Shown piece by piece: positions 18,085-26,917 of a DNA stretch of 64,000 nt (its first letter is position 1; the number at the start of each line of letters is the position of its first letter). Source of the stretch: a bacterium (lineage in GTDB: Bacteria > Patescibacteriota > Minisyncoccia > Phycocordibacterales > UBA2100); the NCBI GenBank assembly GCA_030647655.1, contig JAUSJH010000009.1:82196-146195 (forward strand). The letters are read 5' to 3'. A program made the translations under genes and the position numbers. The notes beneath the pieces were generated by a model. It was not told the origin of the DNA. It saw only the letters and a program-made list of their open reading frames with translations, and did no database searches.

Positions 18085-19248
18085 TCACTTCGCGAGCTCT
18101 GCTATATACATATCTACCAGACGGGGAAAGAGGCGTATTTTGAAATCCTGTGCCTGTGCAGAGACGTCGCCGCCGAGAATCGTCGGGAGGTCGAATTGTG
18201 TCTGCTCGGCGAGGTCGCGACTGATGTAGCTCAAGGTGATAGCGCGCAAATCGCGGTCGGCGGTTGTGGCGCCTTCACTCGTCGTTGCGATGAGAGCAAT
18301 GAGGCGGCCCCACACATTCACGACGGCCCCTCCCGAGGAACCGCTTTGCGCTCCGATTATGCCTCCGAGTGAAATAAGGTCGACGGATTTCATAAAGAAG
18401 GTCATGAGCTGACCTATCGTCGTTACAGATGAAGCACCGTACAAATTCAACTGCGCGGCGATGCCGCCCACGAATTCCGCAGGGTAGCTTGCAACCAAGA
18501 CCTGATCACCCTCAAATCCTATCGCTTCACGAGTGTCGAACGGAAGATAGGGATATGCTGAAGTAGTGGAGCCATCGAGAGCCCCTGTGATTCGGAGGAG
18601 CGCGTAGTCGTGCTCGCCGGTGCCGGTGGGATGTGTTGCTTTTATCTCACGCGCATGCGCCTCGACCCATACGGGCGGTATGTAGAGGATTTCGGCGCTC
18701 CAGCGCGGTGTTGCTGGGGTACCGCTACGGATAACACACGATAGGTCGATACGCGGGTCCTGCGAGAGAAGCACGTATTGTGCGACGTGTGCGTTGGTAA
18801 GAATGACTCCACGCGGGTCTATGATAACGCCGGAGCCCGAAGTGGGCTGAAACGAGCCACCGCCGCGCGGCATGCAGAGGATATTCACAAGTGCCGCTCG
18901 AGTCTCGTCGTTGATGTCGGGGAATGATTGAGGCGGGAACGGATACGGATTTTCGATGCGTACGGCTTGATTGTCGGTCTGTTTTTGTACTACAGGCTTT
19001 TGGACTGGCGGTTTTGTAGAGTCTCTAACAATGCTCGTCACCGGTTTTGTGGGAGTCGTGGTCGCTATTGGCGTGGTCGAAGCTTCGAGGCCAACGTTCA
19101 CAAGAGCTGTTTGCGTGCTTATACTCGCGCCCTTTTGGGCTACCGGCGTCGCTATAGCGGGCCAGCGGTTCAACACAAATAGGAATCCCGCCGCGATGAG
19201 TACAAACGCGCCGAAATGCGCAAGGAGAGATTGAAGGCGAGGAGACAT
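18085..19248 (-). CDS. trypsin-like (S1-family) serine protease, membrane-anchored
   Basis: Catalytic triad contexts ILTNAHVAQ, EHDYALLRI and GSSGGAVV. N-terminal TM helix. The start is trimmed to MSPRLQ because the longer track ORF would overlap tRNA-Gly. Confidence 0.8.
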   Translation of the reverse strand: MSPRLQSLLAHFGAFVLIAAGFLFVLNRWPAIATPVAQKGASISTQTALVNVGLEASTTPIATTTPTKPVTSIVRDSTKPPVQKPVVQKQTDNQAVRIENPYPFPPQSFPDINDETRAALVNILCMPRGGGSFQPTSGSGVIIDPRGVILTNAHVAQYVLLSQDPRIDLSCVIRSGTPATPRWSAEILYIPPVWVEAHAREIKATHPTGTGEHDYALLRITGALDGSTTSAYPYLPFDTREAIGFEGDQVLVASYPAEFVGGIAAQLNLYGASSVTTIGQLMTFFMKSVDLISLGGIIGAQSGSSGGAVVNVWGRLIALIATTSEGATTADRDLRAITLSYISRDLAEQTQFDLPTILGGDVSAQAQDFKIRLFPRLVDMYIAELAK

Positions 19249-19298
19249 ACCCGTGAATATACGTTCTATGCGGCTTTCTTTCAAGTTTTTGATGTCGT

Positions 19299-19369
19299 TG
19301 CGGGATGGGGGAATCGAACCCCCGACCACAGTTTGGAAAACTGTTATTTTGCCATTAAACTAATCCCGC
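19299..19369 (-). tRNA. tRNA-Gly (anticodon UCC), no encoded CCA
   Basis: Reverse complement GCGGGAT-TA-GTTTAATGGCAAAAT-A-ACAGT-TTTCCAA-ACTGT-GGTCG-GGGGG-TTCGATT-CCCCC-ATCCCGC-A. Confidence 0.85.
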
Positions 19370-19405
19370 CTCGTTCGTAACTTTACACGAATCTTTCCAC
19401 AACAC

Positions 19406-19430
19406 AAAAACCCGCCATAGGCGGGTTTTT
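19406..19430. terminator. bidirectional rho-independent terminator AAAAACCCGCC-atag-GGCGGGTTTTT
   Basis: Perfect 7-bp GC stem flanked by an A-run and a T-run, between tRNA-Gly and the hup stop. Confidence 0.7.
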
Positions 19431-19452
19431 GTGTTTGCAGCGCTGCAAATAA

Positions 19453-19728
19453 TTACTTAACCGCGTCCTTCAAGGTTTTGGAAGCGCGGAACTTCGGCAC
19501 TTTCATCGCCTTTATCTGTATCGAAGCGCCTGTGCGCGGGTTTCGCCCCGTGCGACCAGCGCGCATCTTCGCTTGGAAGATTCCAAGACCTGCGATCGAG
19601 ACCTCCTCGCCCCGTTTCAAGGTGTCGGTGATCATCGCGATTATGGCCTCAACCGCGCGCTCCCCGTCGGCCTTCGTGCAACCAATCGTGGCGGCTACCT
19701 TCTCAACCAAATCCATTTTATTTGCCAT
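19453..19728 (-). CDS. hup: HU-family DNA-binding protein
   Basis: 91 aa: MANKMDLVEKVA...GFGIFQAKMRAGRTGRNPRTGASIQI. Confidence 0.9.
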   Translation of the reverse strand: MANKMDLVEKVAATIGCTKADGERAVEAIIAMITDTLKRGEEVSIAGLGIFQAKMRAGRTGRNPRTGASIQIKAMKVPKFRASKTLKDAVK

Positions 19729-19890
19729 ACGTGTTTAATTACGTGGTTATTAAATGACTAAGCATACGCACTCGACCTATCTGTGGAACCATTTTGAGCC
19801 GTATTTTCCGGCTGTCAATTGACAAACGTCCACAATCCACAGCTTTTAAGCCGCATAATAAGAGGCTCAAAATATGGCTCAACAAGGGCT

Positions 19891-21420
19891 TTATCTCGCG
19901 AACTCGATAACCCTCGTCTCTCGAATCACGCTGATTTTTATTTCGCCCGGGTACTGCATGTCCTTCTCTATCTTGTCGGCGATGTCGCGCGCGAGCTTGC
20001 GCGCTTCGAGGTCGCTGATCTCTGTTGGCTTCACAATGACGCGTACTTCGCGTCCTGCGGCGATAGCGTAGCTCTTTTCGACCCCGGGCTGTGAGTTGGC
20101 GATAGCTTCTAGCTCAGTGAGACGTTTGATGTAATTCTCCGCCGAATCGCGCCGTGCGCCGGGCCTGCCGCCGGAAATGGCGTCGGCGACCTGTACGATC
20201 ATACTCTCGGGAGTTTCGTATGGATATTCCTCGTGGTGCGCCTGCATTGCTTTGACGACCTCTTCACCGACACCGAATTTCTGCAAAATCCTCCGTCCGA
20301 TTTCCACATGCGTGCCGGGGACCTCGTGGTCTACCGCTTTACCGATGTCGTGGAAGAGTGCGCCGGCGCGCGCGATAGCAGGATCGGCCCCCAGTTCTTC
20401 GGCGAGCATAGCTGCCAAATGAGCGACCTCGACCGAGTGGTCGAGCACGTTTTGTCCGTAGCTCGAGCGGAAATAGAGGCGGCCGAGTATCATCAAGAGC
20501 TTCGGATCGATATTCGGAACTTTCGCGTTGAAGGCTGCTTCTGCGCCCTTTTTCTTTATGATGTTGTTGATCTCCGCTTCGGCTTTCTGCACAGACTCTT
20601 CTATTTTTGCCGGCTGAATGCGTCCGTCGAGTATGAGGTTCTCGAGTGCGATACGCGCTATCTGACGGCGTATCGGGTCGTAAGAAGAAAGCGTGATGGT
20701 GCCCGGCGTATCGTCGACAATGACGTCGACGCCGGTGGCGCGCTCAAATGCGCGAATATTGCGGCCTTCTTTGCCAATGATCTTGCCTTTTATCTCGTCG
20801 TTTGGAAGCGAAATTGTGGTCGCGAGAACGTCTGAGACGACCGAATTGCCGAGGCGGTGTACCGCAGTCACGAGAATCTCGTTCGCGCGCCTCTCCAAGG
20901 TCTCATTGCCGGATATCTCAAGCTTCCTCATGCGGCTCTCTATGTCGCCTTCGGCCTGTTTCTCGACCGACTTCAAGAGGTCGTTCTTGGCTTCCTCTGC
21001 GGAAAGTCCCGCTATTTTCTCCAACTTCTCCTGCTGTGTACGCGCCATGTGCTCGGCTTCGATCTTTGCGGCGACAACCTCTTCATTCTTTCTTGAAAGG
21101 GTTTCCTGTTCGAGGTCGAGATTGGTCTGTCGCTTATCCAAAAGCTCTTCTTTGCGCACCAAACGTTCCTCGACCTGCTTCAGATCGCTCGCACGCCCTT
21201 TGAGTTCGTCGGTCGCGTGCGCTTCTTTTTCTTTTGCCCGCGCCTCGGCCTCTGTGGTTATTTTCTTTGCACGCTCCTCGGCATCAAGCTTCATCTTACG
21301 GATCTCGAGTTCCATCGAGCCGCGTTTACCCAAAGAAATAATAAGCCGAAGGAAATATCCGAGCGCAATACCAATCGCACCCGAAAGGGCGAGGAGGAGG
21401 ATAATGATTTTTAATGACAT
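19891..21420 (-). CDS. rny: ribonuclease Y
   Basis: N-terminal TM helix, long coiled coil, KH domain, and an HD domain (LFHDIGKAVDHEV). Confidence 0.9.
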   Translation of the reverse strand: MSLKIIILLLALSGAIGIALGYFLRLIISLGKRGSMELEIRKMKLDAEERAKKITTEAEARAKEKEAHATDELKGRASDLKQVEERLVRKEELLDKRQTNLDLEQETLSRKNEEVVAAKIEAEHMARTQQEKLEKIAGLSAEEAKNDLLKSVEKQAEGDIESRMRKLEISGNETLERRANEILVTAVHRLGNSVVSDVLATTISLPNDEIKGKIIGKEGRNIRAFERATGVDVIVDDTPGTITLSSYDPIRRQIARIALENLILDGRIQPAKIEESVQKAEAEINNIIKKKGAEAAFNAKVPNIDPKLLMILGRLYFRSSYGQNVLDHSVEVAHLAAMLAEELGADPAIARAGALFHDIGKAVDHEVPGTHVEIGRRILQKFGVGEEVVKAMQAHHEEYPYETPESMIVQVADAISGGRPGARRDSAENYIKRLTELEAIANSQPGVEKSYAIAAGREVRVIVKPTEISDLEARKLARDIADKIEKDMQYPGEIKISVIRETRVIEFAR

Positions 21421-21629
21421 ACGCGGATTATCCCGCGTGAGTCTTTATGTGCGCGTCAAACCAAACTTGAGAATTGAGAACTCATGAGTAAGTACTTGGA
21501 GCGCTCCATCGGCTCACCGGCGGAAACAAAATTGAATTTCTTGAACATACTAATAGGTACATGTGGGAGTGTATCACGACGATCGAAAAGCCGCCACTAG
21601 GGGAGAAGATCCCGTCTTTATGGGCTTTT

Positions 21630-22202
21630 TCAGCTCAACACCTTGTCTACAATGCCGTATTTGACGGACTCCTGCGCGTCCATGAAGAAGTCACGATCCA
21701 CGTCGGTGGCGATTTTTTCGAGCTTCTGGCCGGTATTTTTTGCGAGGATTTTGTTGAGACGCTCACGCAGTTTCAAGATCTGTTTTGCAGTTATCGCGAT
21801 GTCCGCCGCTTGCCCTTCGGCGCCGCCGTGCGGCTGGTGGATCATCACTTCGGCATTCGGTAGAGCAAAGCGTTTGCCTTTTTCTCCGGCCGAGAGCAGC
21901 ACCGCCGCCATCGAGGCCGCCATGCCGACACAGACCGTCGAAACATTGGGCTGGATGTGGTTCATCGTGTCCAAAATGGCGAGGCCAGCCGAGACCTGCC
22001 CGCCGGGGGAGTTGATATAGAACGAAATATCTTTTTTCGGATCTTCAGACGCGAGAAAGAGGAACTGCGCGACTACGAGATTTGCAACATCACTGTCTAT
22101 TGATCCTCCCAGAAAGACGATACGCTCTTTCAAGAGACGCGAGTAAATATCATACGCGCGTTCGCCCATCGAGGTTTTCTCGATAACCATCGGCACGAGC
22201 AT
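21630..22202 (-). CDS. clpP: ATP-dependent Clp protease proteolytic subunit
   Basis: [42 protein letters not shown] with the Ser-His-Asp context. Start at [10 protein letters not shown]; the track ORF begins at 22232. Confidence 0.9.
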   Translation of the reverse strand: MLVPMVIEKTSMGERAYDIYSRLLKERIVFLGGSIDSDVANLVVAQFLFLASEDPKKDISFYINSPGGQVSAGLAILDTMNHIQPNVSTVCVGMAASMAAVLLSAGEKGKRFALPNAEVMIHQPHGGAEGQAADIAITAKQILKLRERLNKILAKNTGQKLEKIATDVDRDFFMDAQESVKYGIVDKVLS

Positions 22203-22267
22203 TTGTGAACGGGGTGCTGTTTCTGTTTTCATGCAGGCATCCTAACAGATTTCTCCTGCACCGCAAA

Positions 22268-22633
22268 ATGAGCCATAATGCCCGCATGGTGAATTGGCGA
22301 GACATTCAGAAGAAGGCAGTAGGATTCCGAGATGCCAGAAACTGGAAACAGTTTCATAATCCGAAGGATATGGCGTTATCTCTCGTCTTGGAAGCGACTG
22401 AGGTCATGGAACACTTTCAATGGAAAAATGGCAAGGAGCTGGACAAGTATGTTCGTGAGCACAAAGGAGAGATTGCCGACGAACTCGCTGATGTTCTCTT
22501 TTGGATTGCAACAATGAGCAATGACCTGAAGATTGATCTATTTAAAGCATTTGAGGAGAAGATGAAAAAGAACGAAAAGAAATATCCTGTGAAAAAATCC
22601 AGAGGCAAACATACAAAATATACGGAGTTATGA
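22268..22633 (+). CDS. MazG-like nucleotide pyrophosphohydrolase (single-domain)
   Basis: ALSLVLEATEVMEHFQWK...EIADELADVLFWIATMSNDLKIDL is the MazG/NTP-PPase helical signature. The stop overlaps the next gene start (ATGA). Confidence 0.65.
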   Translation: MSHNARMVNWRDIQKKAVGFRDARNWKQFHNPKDMALSLVLEATEVMEHFQWKNGKELDKYVREHKGEIADELADVLFWIATMSNDLKIDLFKAFEEKMKKNEKKYPVKKSRGKHTKYTEL

Positions 22634-23358
22634 AATCGAAATCTTCCCCATACATACAAAGGGTAGAAGAGCACAAGAGTGTCGGCCATCGAGGGCGATT
22701 ACGGGAAAGATTTTTACAGGGCGGTCTCAATTCCTTTCTTGATTATGAGATTGTGGAATTGCTCCTGACCTTAGGAACTCCTCGAAAGGATTGTAAACCT
22801 ATGGCGAAGGAGGCTATCAAGAAATTTCGCGGATTACGGGCCGTACTTGACGCGTCTTTTGAAGAACTGCAAGAGGTAAAAGGTATTGGTCCCAGTAATG
22901 CATTTGGACTCAAACTATTTCAGGCAGTATCTGAGCGGCACGCCAAAGAACAAATATTCGAGAAGGTTATTCTCGATTCTCCTAAGGCCATATACAACTA
23001 TTTGCAAAAATCGATAGGCCGAGAAAAGAAAGAGAACTTTGTTTTGCTGTCTCTAGACACCCGTAACAATCTTATTAAAATCAGCAATATATCTGTGGGC
23101 ACACTTAATGCAAGCCTTGTCCATCCCAGAGAAGTATTCGAGCCTGCGATAAGAAATTCTGCTACTCAGGTTGTATTGGCGCATAATCACCCTGCCGGTA
23201 ATCCGGAACCAAGCGAAGAGGATGAGGTAGTTACGCGACAATTAGTTGATGCCGGTAAGATTTTGGGTATCCCTGTCATCGATCACGTAATAGTTGCGTC
23301 TAATTCTTATTTCAGCTTTGCTTCAAAATGCCCCGATATTTTTAGGCCAATCGTATGA
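22630..23358 (+). CDS. RadC-family JAB/MPN-domain protein
   Basis: N-terminal HhH (ELQEVKGIGPSNA) and a JAB motif VVLAHNHPAGNPEPSEED. 4-nt ATGA overlaps with both neighbouring genes. Confidence 0.8.
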   Translation: MKSKSSPYIQRVEEHKSVGHRGRLRERFLQGGLNSFLDYEIVELLLTLGTPRKDCKPMAKEAIKKFRGLRAVLDASFEELQEVKGIGPSNAFGLKLFQAVSERHAKEQIFEKVILDSPKAIYNYLQKSIGREKKENFVLLSLDTRNNLIKISNISVGTLNASLVHPREVFEPAIRNSATQVVLAHNHPAGNPEPSEEDEVVTRQLVDAGKILGIPVIDHVIVASNSYFSFASKCPDIFRPIV

Positions 23359-24476
23359 ATTTAGATGCTGTACTAAAAGCGAAGAATTTTTTCCGGTTTA
23401 CCGGACCGCCGGAACACTGGCTGACGGCAGTTAAATACATGACGTGGGGACTACAGAAGCATCATCTTAAGAGATGGCGGGATATCCAACCAGGTGACAT
23501 CTTTTTTATTCACAGTACAAGAGAATCCTTATTTCCCAATGCACAATCAGGAATCATCGGTCTTGGGGTAATTGGACCGAACCTGACACAAAAGCAGGGA
23601 CCCTTATGGCTTAAAGAGCTAATAGATAATTCTAATACTTGGCCTCTACTCATCCCGCTTTCAGAAATTTATCTCTTTAGTGAACTTCCCCCTATAGACA
23701 CTTGGGAAGCTCCAAACACAAAAAATCAGTCATTAACAAAGAATCTCATTGATACATTGATTGCCAATCGAATTCCCATACGGGAAGTCCCAGGCTTCCC
23801 GGCTATGGGCAGTTTTTCAAGTGTTAGCAGTAAGGTCTCGGACAGAATTTTGTCCGACAAACGCCCGCTTTATATATATACGGCTGGTGAAGTGGCAGAT
23901 ACTCCTCTCGAAGTTATCACCCTGAAAGAGAAAGATAACGACCAGCTTTTGGAAGTTAAAAATGCTGACGAGGCGTTGCGATATGCAGACACGCTCCAAA
24001 TATTTGACGTCGTTAAGGGTAGAACCATACGTGAACCAACCTCTGAATATATTCGCGATAATGAAACGCTCGAACGTGCAAATTCAGCCCACACAACTGT
24101 GCTACAACAATTGATACATTTATTTCGAAGCAGGGGATACGAGACCCGTTTCGGGCGTAAAACAATTGACCTTTTTGCTTACAACGAAAGAAAATCTTTT
24201 TTGTGCGAGGTTAAAAGTACAGAAAACAGAAATTTCAGGAGCCAAGCCCGGAAAGGAATTGCACAGCTATTTGAATACGAATACTTTGATGTTCAGAAAT
24301 TTACCGATGAAAATAAGTTGACGTTTACTGAGAAGCATAAATTAATAATACCTTCTCAGGTACCCGGTGACGAACGGTATGTAAATTTCATAAACAGTTT
24401 AACAATTGGTGTAGCAATGGTTGGACAGGAAAAATTACAACCCATAGGGAAAGATACGGGCTTCTCAAAGATATGA
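23355..24476 (+). CDS. EVE/PUA-like domain fused to PD-(D/E)xK nuclease domain; putative modification-dependent (type IV-like) restriction endonuclease
   Basis: N-terminus WGLQKHHLKRWRDIQPGDIFFIHSTRES...GIIGLGVIG is EVE/PUA-like. C-terminus ...RGYETRFGRKTIDLFAYNERKSFLCEVKST has D...E-x-K spacing. The region is AT-rich relative to its flanks. Confidence 0.55.
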   Translation: MNLDAVLKAKNFFRFTGPPEHWLTAVKYMTWGLQKHHLKRWRDIQPGDIFFIHSTRESLFPNAQSGIIGLGVIGPNLTQKQGPLWLKELIDNSNTWPLLIPLSEIYLFSELPPIDTWEAPNTKNQSLTKNLIDTLIANRIPIREVPGFPAMGSFSSVSSKVSDRILSDKRPLYIYTAGEVADTPLEVITLKEKDNDQLLEVKNADEALRYADTLQIFDVVKGRTIREPTSEYIRDNETLERANSAHTTVLQQLIHLFRSRGYETRFGRKTIDLFAYNERKSFLCEVKSTENRNFRSQARKGIAQLFEYEYFDVQKFTDENKLTFTEKHKLIIPSQVPGDERYVNFINSLTIGVAMVGQEKLQPIGKDTGFSKI

Positions 24477-24616
24477 TGAAGCTGATTCTCGACGTCTGTT
24501 ATGGCCCTCCTTCGCGCGAGGCTTCGGAAGGGCACAGCAAAAAGATTTTCAAATCCGAGCCCGAGCGGCTGGAGTTTTTGTTTGAAATGTATCAGAAGTT
24601 GACCGCACGCGAATAA
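24473..24616 (+). CDS. 47-aa micro-ORF translationally coupled to the nuclease gene
   Basis: ATGATG overlaps the upstream TGA stop. Encodes MMKLILDVCYGPPSREASEGHSKKIFKSEPERLEFLFEMYQKLTARE. Below the ORF-track size cut-off. Confidence 0.3.
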   Translation: MMKLILDVCYGPPSREASEGHSKKIFKSEPERLEFLFEMYQKLTARE

Positions 24617-24674
24617 ACCCGTCGTGTAATGAAATGGTATTGACAACGTGCGCACGATGTATATACTTCTTTAT

Positions 24675-24923
24675 ATGACTACATTGAACGTAAGAATCGA
24701 AAAAAAGACCAAGGCTGCCGCAAGCAAGGCGCTTGCGGGTATAGGCCTTGATTTGTCTACGGGCGTCAAACTTTTTTTGCATCAGGTTGTGACGGAGCAG
24801 GGACTACCGTTCACCCCCACCAAAAACCCCGCAGCGCTTCGAGCGAAGTGGGACAAAGAGGTCGCTGAAGCTCTGAAGAAAGGGAAGGTGTATGATGCGC
24901 GGGATGCTCTGAAAGGGCTATAA
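24675..24923 (+). CDS. type II antitoxin, RelB/DinJ family
   Basis: MTTLNVRIEKKTKAAASKALAGIGLDLSTGVKLFLHQVVTEQGLPF is a ribbon-helix-helix antitoxin signature. Start at internal Met. Confidence 0.75.
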   Translation: MTTLNVRIEKKTKAAASKALAGIGLDLSTGVKLFLHQVVTEQGLPFTPTKNPAALRAKWDKEVAEALKKGKVYDARDALKGL

Positions 24924-24930
24924 TTCCCGA

Positions 24931-25218
24931 ATGCATAGAGTCGTTAGAACACGACGGTTTGAACGTTCATTCCGGAAGCTCAGGAAATCCGGGCTTCTCA
25001 AAGACATATTGAGGGCTGAAATAGATGCCACGATTATTCTACTTGCTGAAGGCAAGTCCTTACCCGCTTCATATTCTGACCACCAACTCACCGGAGACCT
25101 CGACAGGTATCGGGAATGTCATATCAGGAGCGATCTACTGCTCGTCTACGAACGTCACGACGACAAGCTCGTGCTTGTTCTCATCGATATTGGAAGCCAC
25201 TCGTATCTATTCGAATAG
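24931..25218 (+). CDS. type II toxin, YafQ/RelE family mRNA interferase
   Basis: DHQLTGDLDRYRECHIRSDLLLVYERHDDKLVLVLIDIGSHSYLF resembles YafQ and sits 8 nt after the antitoxin. Confidence 0.75.
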   Translation: MHRVVRTRRFERSFRKLRKSGLLKDILRAEIDATIILLAEGKSLPASYSDHQLTGDLDRYRECHIRSDLLLVYERHDDKLVLVLIDIGSHSYLFE

Positions 25219-25313
25219 CGACTCTAAGGGTTTTTGGTCGGTTACATCTCACAGAGTAGGCGAAAACAGGTTCGGTTCGTTAGTCGTCCGAGGGGGATGT
25301 GCCACGTTTTTTA

Positions 25314-26375
25314 TTATTGTCCTGATTTCTCCTCTTTTGGACCATTATTATCTTCATCTTGCGAATCACGCTTGTCCGAGTCGCTCGAGTCGGATATGAG
25401 CGCCTCTATTTCTGTTGCGGCCTCGAGCGCCGAATTGAAATTCGAGGACGCCTCCTCTTTATTGCCGCGCGCGTCGTCGTCGTCTCCCGTGGAAAACGCC
25501 TCTGTTGCAATTTCCAAGCGTTCCTTTGCCTGCTCACGTGCGCCCTCGGGAAGACTAGGAGGAGAGCGGTCGAGGAATTTCTTGGCGGCTTTGATGCGCG
25601 CCTTAGCGGCAGTCCTGAGACCCTTGCTGACCGTTTCGGAGTCATCGTCAACCTTTTTCGCCTCGATGCTCTCTGCCATATGTGCCGCAGATGCACCAAT
25701 CGTGCGCACGGTATTGCTTGCCGTTTCCGCTCGCAGCGCGACCGCCACCGCATTCCCTATACGCTTTTTGCCGAGGATATTTTCGCGCGCGAGTAATACA
25801 GCGCCGATATTCGTCCCAATCCCCGAAGCGTCAGAGCTGTTCTCGTTCTCGAGTTGCTGACGATTTCTTCCCGCAGTTCTGATGTGTTCGTCGAGATTCG
25901 TGTCGAGCTCTGCGCGCGCCTCCTCATCGAGCTTCCCGCTCAAGACAAGAGTTGCCGCCTCTTCGAGCCGGCGTTCCGCACGGTCCATTTCCCAATCGGC
26001 CTTTGCCTTCGGTGTCGTGGCAAGGGTTGCCCGCACTTCCTCGGTGACATGCACTTTGATAGGGTAGAGGATATCTCCGGGGAGCGAAGTCTCCGCGGCG
26101 GCGACCCCCCCGCCACTTACTGCGACGACGAGTATTGCCGCAATAACGGGCATCGGGCGAATATGCGAGGTAATAAGCCACAAGAGCCTGTTTTGTGGGG
26201 TCTTCTGTTGTACCGAATGACTATCTATCCGAATTGGTCGGAGCTTCGCATATTCAAAAAGGTGTGCGCGCATGCGCTCACGGGAGGTGTCGTCCATTTT
26301 GAGATACGTCGCAGCTTTTATCTGCGCCGCTAAACGGCGGTCATTATTCTGTTTGAAAAAGTCGCTGAATTTCAT
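25314..26375 (-). CDS. putative anti-sigma factor (single TM, DUF5667-like extracytoplasmic region, acidic tail)
   Basis: ATGA overlap with the upstream ECF sigma gene; TM helix PVIAAILVVAVSGGGVAAA; LYPIKVHVTE motif. Confidence 0.55.
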   Translation of the reverse strand: MKFSDFFKQNNDRRLAAQIKAATYLKMDDTSRERMRAHLFEYAKLRPIRIDSHSVQQKTPQNRLLWLITSHIRPMPVIAAILVVAVSGGGVAAAETSLPGDILYPIKVHVTEEVRATLATTPKAKADWEMDRAERRLEEAATLVLSGKLDEEARAELDTNLDEHIRTAGRNRQQLENENSSDASGIGTNIGAVLLARENILGKKRIGNAVAVALRAETASNTVRTIGASAAHMAESIEAKKVDDDSETVSKGLRTAAKARIKAAKKFLDRSPPSLPEGAREQAKERLEIATEAFSTGDDDDARGNKEEASSNFNSALEAATEIEALISDSSDSDKRDSQDEDNNGPKEEKSGQ

Positions 26376-26905
26376 ATATTTTTTGTGTTTGGCCCAAGGA
26401 GGATGCGAAGTTTCTCCACACCGCGATGTATCCGGACCGAGACTACATTTTCCGAAAGTCCCGTTATCCGCGCGATTTCTTTTGGCGGCAGGTCTTCGGT
26501 GTATCGCATGAGGATGATGTCGCGATACGTTTCATCAAGCGCATCGATGGCTATTCGCACCCGCGACATTTCTGCTCGTGCGACCGTGCTCTTTTCGCCC
26601 ACGCTATCGTCCGTGACCGCAAAACCATCGTCCTCAATGAGCGCGTCAAGCGAGACCGCTTTCTTCTTCCGATACGTATCGACGACGAGGTTGTAGGCCG
26701 TGCGATATAAGAACGGTTTCCACTCCCTGATGACTCCGCCTTCTCGGCAGTAATCCCACGCGCGCGTGAACGTTTCTTGGGTGAGGTCGCGCGCCGTTTC
26801 CCGGTCGGCAATCTTCATGCAAAGGAAGCGGAAGATCGTATCCCCATATGCATCATATGCGGCAAGGAACGCCTTCTCTCCCTCATGCTCTGACGGATTT
26901 TTCAT
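26372..26905 (-). CDS. ECF-type RNA polymerase sigma factor (sigma-70 family, regions 2 and 4)
   Basis: Region 2 contains LTQETFTRAWDY; region 4 contains ILMRYTEDLPPKEIARITGLSENVVSVRIHRG. Confidence 0.85.
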   Translation of the reverse strand: MKNPSEHEGEKAFLAAYDAYGDTIFRFLCMKIADRETARDLTQETFTRAWDYCREGGVIREWKPFLYRTAYNLVVDTYRKKKAVSLDALIEDDGFAVTDDSVGEKSTVARAEMSRVRIAIDALDETYRDIILMRYTEDLPPKEIARITGLSENVVSVRIHRGVEKLRILLGPNTKNI

Positions 26906-26917
26906 GGCATTCTTACC

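Noticed and set aside
20177-21487. Plus-strand ORFs inside rny (20177-20422, 20233-20835, 20693-21487, 20802-21203)
   Set aside because: Antisense to RNase Y, which has unambiguous domain signatures.
21421-21629. Possible plus-strand terminator CCCGTCTTTATGGGCTTTTT at about 21607-21630 without a plus-strand gene
   Set aside because: Weak stem with G-T pairs. More simply part of the clpP-rny intergenic spacer, with the rny promoter.
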